Notes under the pieces: generated by a model
Told to the model about the DNA's origin: nothing
What the model saw: only the letters and a program-made list of their open reading frames with translations
Database searches by the model: none
Source: a virus
Lineage: Duplodnaviria > Caudoviricetes
Length of the DNA: 57,212 nucleotides
Virus record (IMG/VR): IMGVR_UViG_3300030106_004085
Location: 1-57,212 of that record
Direction: 5' to 3' (one strand)
Translations under genes and position numbers: made by a program
In this document: piece by piece, positions 54,979 through 57,212 of the stretch
Position numbering within the stretch: the stretch's first letter is position 1
Layout: every line of letters starts with the position of its first letter

Positions 54979-56247
54979 TTAACGATATTTCCATACGTCT
55001 TCTGGCTTCCTGTCTTTCGATTCCGAGCCACCAAACATGCCCTTTATACTATCGAACCAGCCTTTTTCTTCTTTAGGCTTTTCTGTTTCAAAGTCTCTTG
55101 GGTCGCTAGGTGCAGAAAGAAGGCCGTTTGGCATTGCATTTAGGTACATCTTAACTAGCCGACCGTACTGCGGGTGACTCTGGTACTCTAAAAGAAGAGG
55201 CGTGTTCTTTATGAACAGCTCATACTCTTTTCTGTGATGCTGGCGGAACCGGGCAATTCTTTGTTTGCGTTCTTCCGGTGTTAGGTTTTCATCGTCGGCA
55301 GGCATGGTTATACCTCTTGCTGCCAGATCATCTTGCATTTGGTCATTATGCTGTGTAATAACCGAATCTATTATACTGCGTACTCCTGCCGGTATCTCCA
55401 TAACTTTTTCGGCCTGCTTAGGTGTGAGAGCTTTAGCCTGGATAAGCTCATTCAGCATAGTAGTTGGCGTGAATCCTTCATCCTCAAGCAGTCGGCCTTC
55501 GGCGAGTATTCGTGCTTGGTTGCCACTATCAAGAGCTTTGGTGTACTGCTTCATTCTTTGGGTAGCAGCTTTTCTTATCTTGTTTTCGTAGTCTTGCCTG
55601 AACCATGGCAAGGTAAATCTGTGGCGGTTTATATCTGCCATATCCCTTGAACTGTACCCAGTCATGGTAACGGGGCCGTACTTAGAGTTTAGTTGCATGC
55701 GTGGATCTATACGAACCCGATGTGTTTTAATCATGTTCTTAGACCACTGATCTAACTGGCTCTTGCTATAGCCTACCGGCCCGTCCCTACGGCTAAACCT
55801 TTCCATGAACATATTCTTATTTACTCTAGGGTTGCCTTTAATGCCTTCCATTATTCTTTGAGCAGAGTGTTTAGCTACTCCGTTTGACATCAAAGACTTT
55901 TCCATCACCTTGTAAACATCTCGTTCATCTGTTTTTTGCTCAGGCTTAAGTTCCGTGTAGCTCTGCTCTAGATTCGGCTGAGGCTGTGGCTCTCCTCCCA
56001 TTACCAAACCACCCATATCACTAGCACCTCGCTCTGAAACGGTTTCAGGGGGTGCAGCCTGCGGCGATACACTGGCTCTAATCATCTCTTCGGGAGGCAG
56101 CCTCTGTTCACTCCAGCCTGAAACAGGCGAAGGCCCATGAACATCAGATTCCATGCTGCCTGTGTAATACTTATGCTTTAGACCGGGCACAAAAGGCCTG
56201 CGAGGATCTACTTCATCTGCATAGTCATTTGGATACATTGGATTCAT
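54979..56247 (-). CDS. Putative internal virion protein
   Basis: 422 aa between the two largest late genes. Confidence 0.65.
   Translation of the reverse strand: MNPMYPNDYADEVDPRRPFVPGLKHKYYTGSMESDVHGPSPVSGWSEQRLPPEEMIRASVSPQAAPPETVSERGASDMGGLVMGGEPQPQPNLEQSYTELKPEQKTDERDVYKVMEKSLMSNGVAKHSAQRIMEGIKGNPRVNKNMFMERFSRRDGPVGYSKSQLDQWSKNMIKTHRVRIDPRMQLNSKYGPVTMTGYSSRDMADINRHRFTLPWFRQDYENKIRKAATQRMKQYTKALDSGNQARILAEGRLLEDEGFTPTTMLNELIQAKALTPKQAEKVMEIPAGVRSIIDSVITQHNDQMQDDLAARGITMPADDENLTPEERKQRIARFRQHHRKEYELFIKNTPLLLEYQSHPQYGRLVKMYLNAMPNGLLSAPSDPRDFETEKPKEEKGWFDSIKGMFGGSESKDRKPEDVWKYR
56034..56048. promoter_or_regulatory. Palindrome site 8 CTGAAACGGTTTCAG (in 422-aa gene)
   Basis: Perfect match. 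Confidence 0.8.
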
Positions 56248-56249
56248 AA

Positions 56250-57212
56250 TTATCTTAATCCCTGCCAGTGTGGTTGTGGTATTAATGCTCCGGCTGGAGG
56301 AGGTGCTAAACCACCAAACTCCTGCGCCCTTCTCTTGCTTTGCTCTTCGGATTCAATATGCCCTACGTCAGTAGGATCAATGTAGTATTGGCCATATCTT
56401 TGCGCGTCTGACTTTGTGAAGGGACTTGCAATATCTTCTGCATGCTGGCCTATATCCATTATATGGCCTGACTCGTATGGTTGCATCTTCGATGGTAGAA
56501 CATTCCCCTCGGCTGTTGTTGTCTCTGGATAGAACACCATAGTCCTGTTTTTCCAGAGCCTTTCTCCCCTATCTCCTGTCTTTCTAGTAATGGCTTGTTC
56601 AGCTGCACTTAGTGCACTCATTGGATTTATGTTCCAGTCCCAGTCTGGGATTAGATAATCCAGTGGCGTAGCGAATAAACTCCTTGGTCTCTCGGGGTCG
56701 CCTGTGTGCCCTGAGACCGCATCGCTGGCATCTTTAAGGGTAAATCTATCACCTAATCCTTCTAGGCCTCCGCCTTTCTTAAATGAATAGCTCCACCCAG
56801 CATCGCGTTGACTTATTCTATTCTCGTTTGGATTAAGAAGATCGTAACCTTGCATTTCATCATCACTGAATCCAGCGGTGTACCCCTTACCTCTAGTCGT
56901 AAACTCTTTCTCTAATTCACTAACTTCCGATTGAGTTAAGTCGCTAAACTCTGTACGCATCATCCTTCCTCGGATCTGCTCAGCTTCTTCGTCGTCCAAT
57001 GCAGATCGTCCTAAGAATTTCAGGGCGGTCATGTTAAGCATTCTTAGCTTTTCGTCATTGTACTTCTTAACATATCCAGGAATTCTTCCATTTACTTCTT
57101 TGAGAGATACTTCAGTGCCTGTTCGGTTGTTAATCACTACCCCAGCATCTTCGTCCAAAGACCACATAGAGATGTTTGAGTATGGGGCACCGTCGTACAT
57201 CATTTGTTGAAG
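56250..57212 (-). CDS. C-terminal part of the giant ~2457-aa protein starting at 6510
   Basis: The track's 317-aa ORF is the in-frame continuation across the join. Confidence 0.85.
   Translation of the reverse strand, partial: LQQMMYDGAPYSNISMWSLDEDAGVVINNRTGTEVSLKEVNGRIPGYVKKYNDEKLRMLNMTALKFLGRSALDDEEAEQIRGRMMRTEFSDLTQSEVSELEKEFTTRGKGYTAGFSDDEMQGYDLLNPNENRISQRDAGWSYSFKKGGGLEGLGDRFTLKDASDAVSGHTGDPERPRSLFATPLDYLIPDWDWNINPMSALSAAEQAITRKTGDRGERLWKNRTMVFYPETTTAEGNVLPSKMQPYESGHIMDIGQHAEDIASPFTKSDAQRYGQYYIDPTDVGHIESEEQSKRRAQEFGGLAPPPAGALIPQPHWQGLR
57114..57212. repeat. Terminal direct repeat, copy 2
   Basis: Identical to 1-99. Confidence 0.95.

Larger units (their letters stand above)
1..57212. 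mobile_element. Complete circularly permuted Caudoviricetes genome, podovirus-like (57,113 bp unique)
   Basis: Terminase, portal, capsid, adaptor and nozzle-like genes are present. No tape measure or sheath was recognised. The ends overlap exactly by 99 bp. Confidence 0.93.

Noticed and set aside
2358-56048. ET[VI]S as a purely protein-level motif (protease or kinase site)
   Set aside because: Synonymous positions are fixed and two copies lie outside likely coding sequence.

Overview
The window is a complete, circularly permuted genome of a tailed dsDNA phage with a podovirus-like layout. Its unique length is 57,113 bp, because bases 1-99 repeat exactly at 57114-57212. The minus strand (about 30.7 kb down through the join to 51.0 kb) carries the late arm: a metallopeptidase, a metallophosphoesterase, an M19 dipeptidase, scaffold, major capsid, cement, TerS/TerL, portal, adaptor, nozzle, a tail-collar protein, and about 20 kb of Q/G/N/P-rich probable ejection proteins. 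These include a ~2457-aa ORF that crosses the join and is mostly missing from the ORF track. The plus strand (33.2-51.0 kb) carries hairpin-punctuated early genes, a MoxR AAA+/VWA pair, SSB, a serine resolvase, an HTH-CsrA-alphaCTD regulatory cassette, RecE-like/ERF recombination genes, a ParB-like protein, an SF2 helicase, an HNH-like protein, RusA and three accessory virion genes. I recognised no DNA polymerase, primase, RNA polymerase, tyrosine integrase, endolysin, tRNA or CRISPR array. The strongest unexplained signal is a 15-bp palindrome, CTGAAA-N3-TTTCAG, found in 8 perfect copies around the genome. Six copies lie inside unrelated genes and two lie in promoter regions, suggesting a KorB/parS-like dispersed-operator system, plausibly read by the phage ParB-like protein. 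A Planctomycetota host is an inference only. All calls were made by eye, without database searches.
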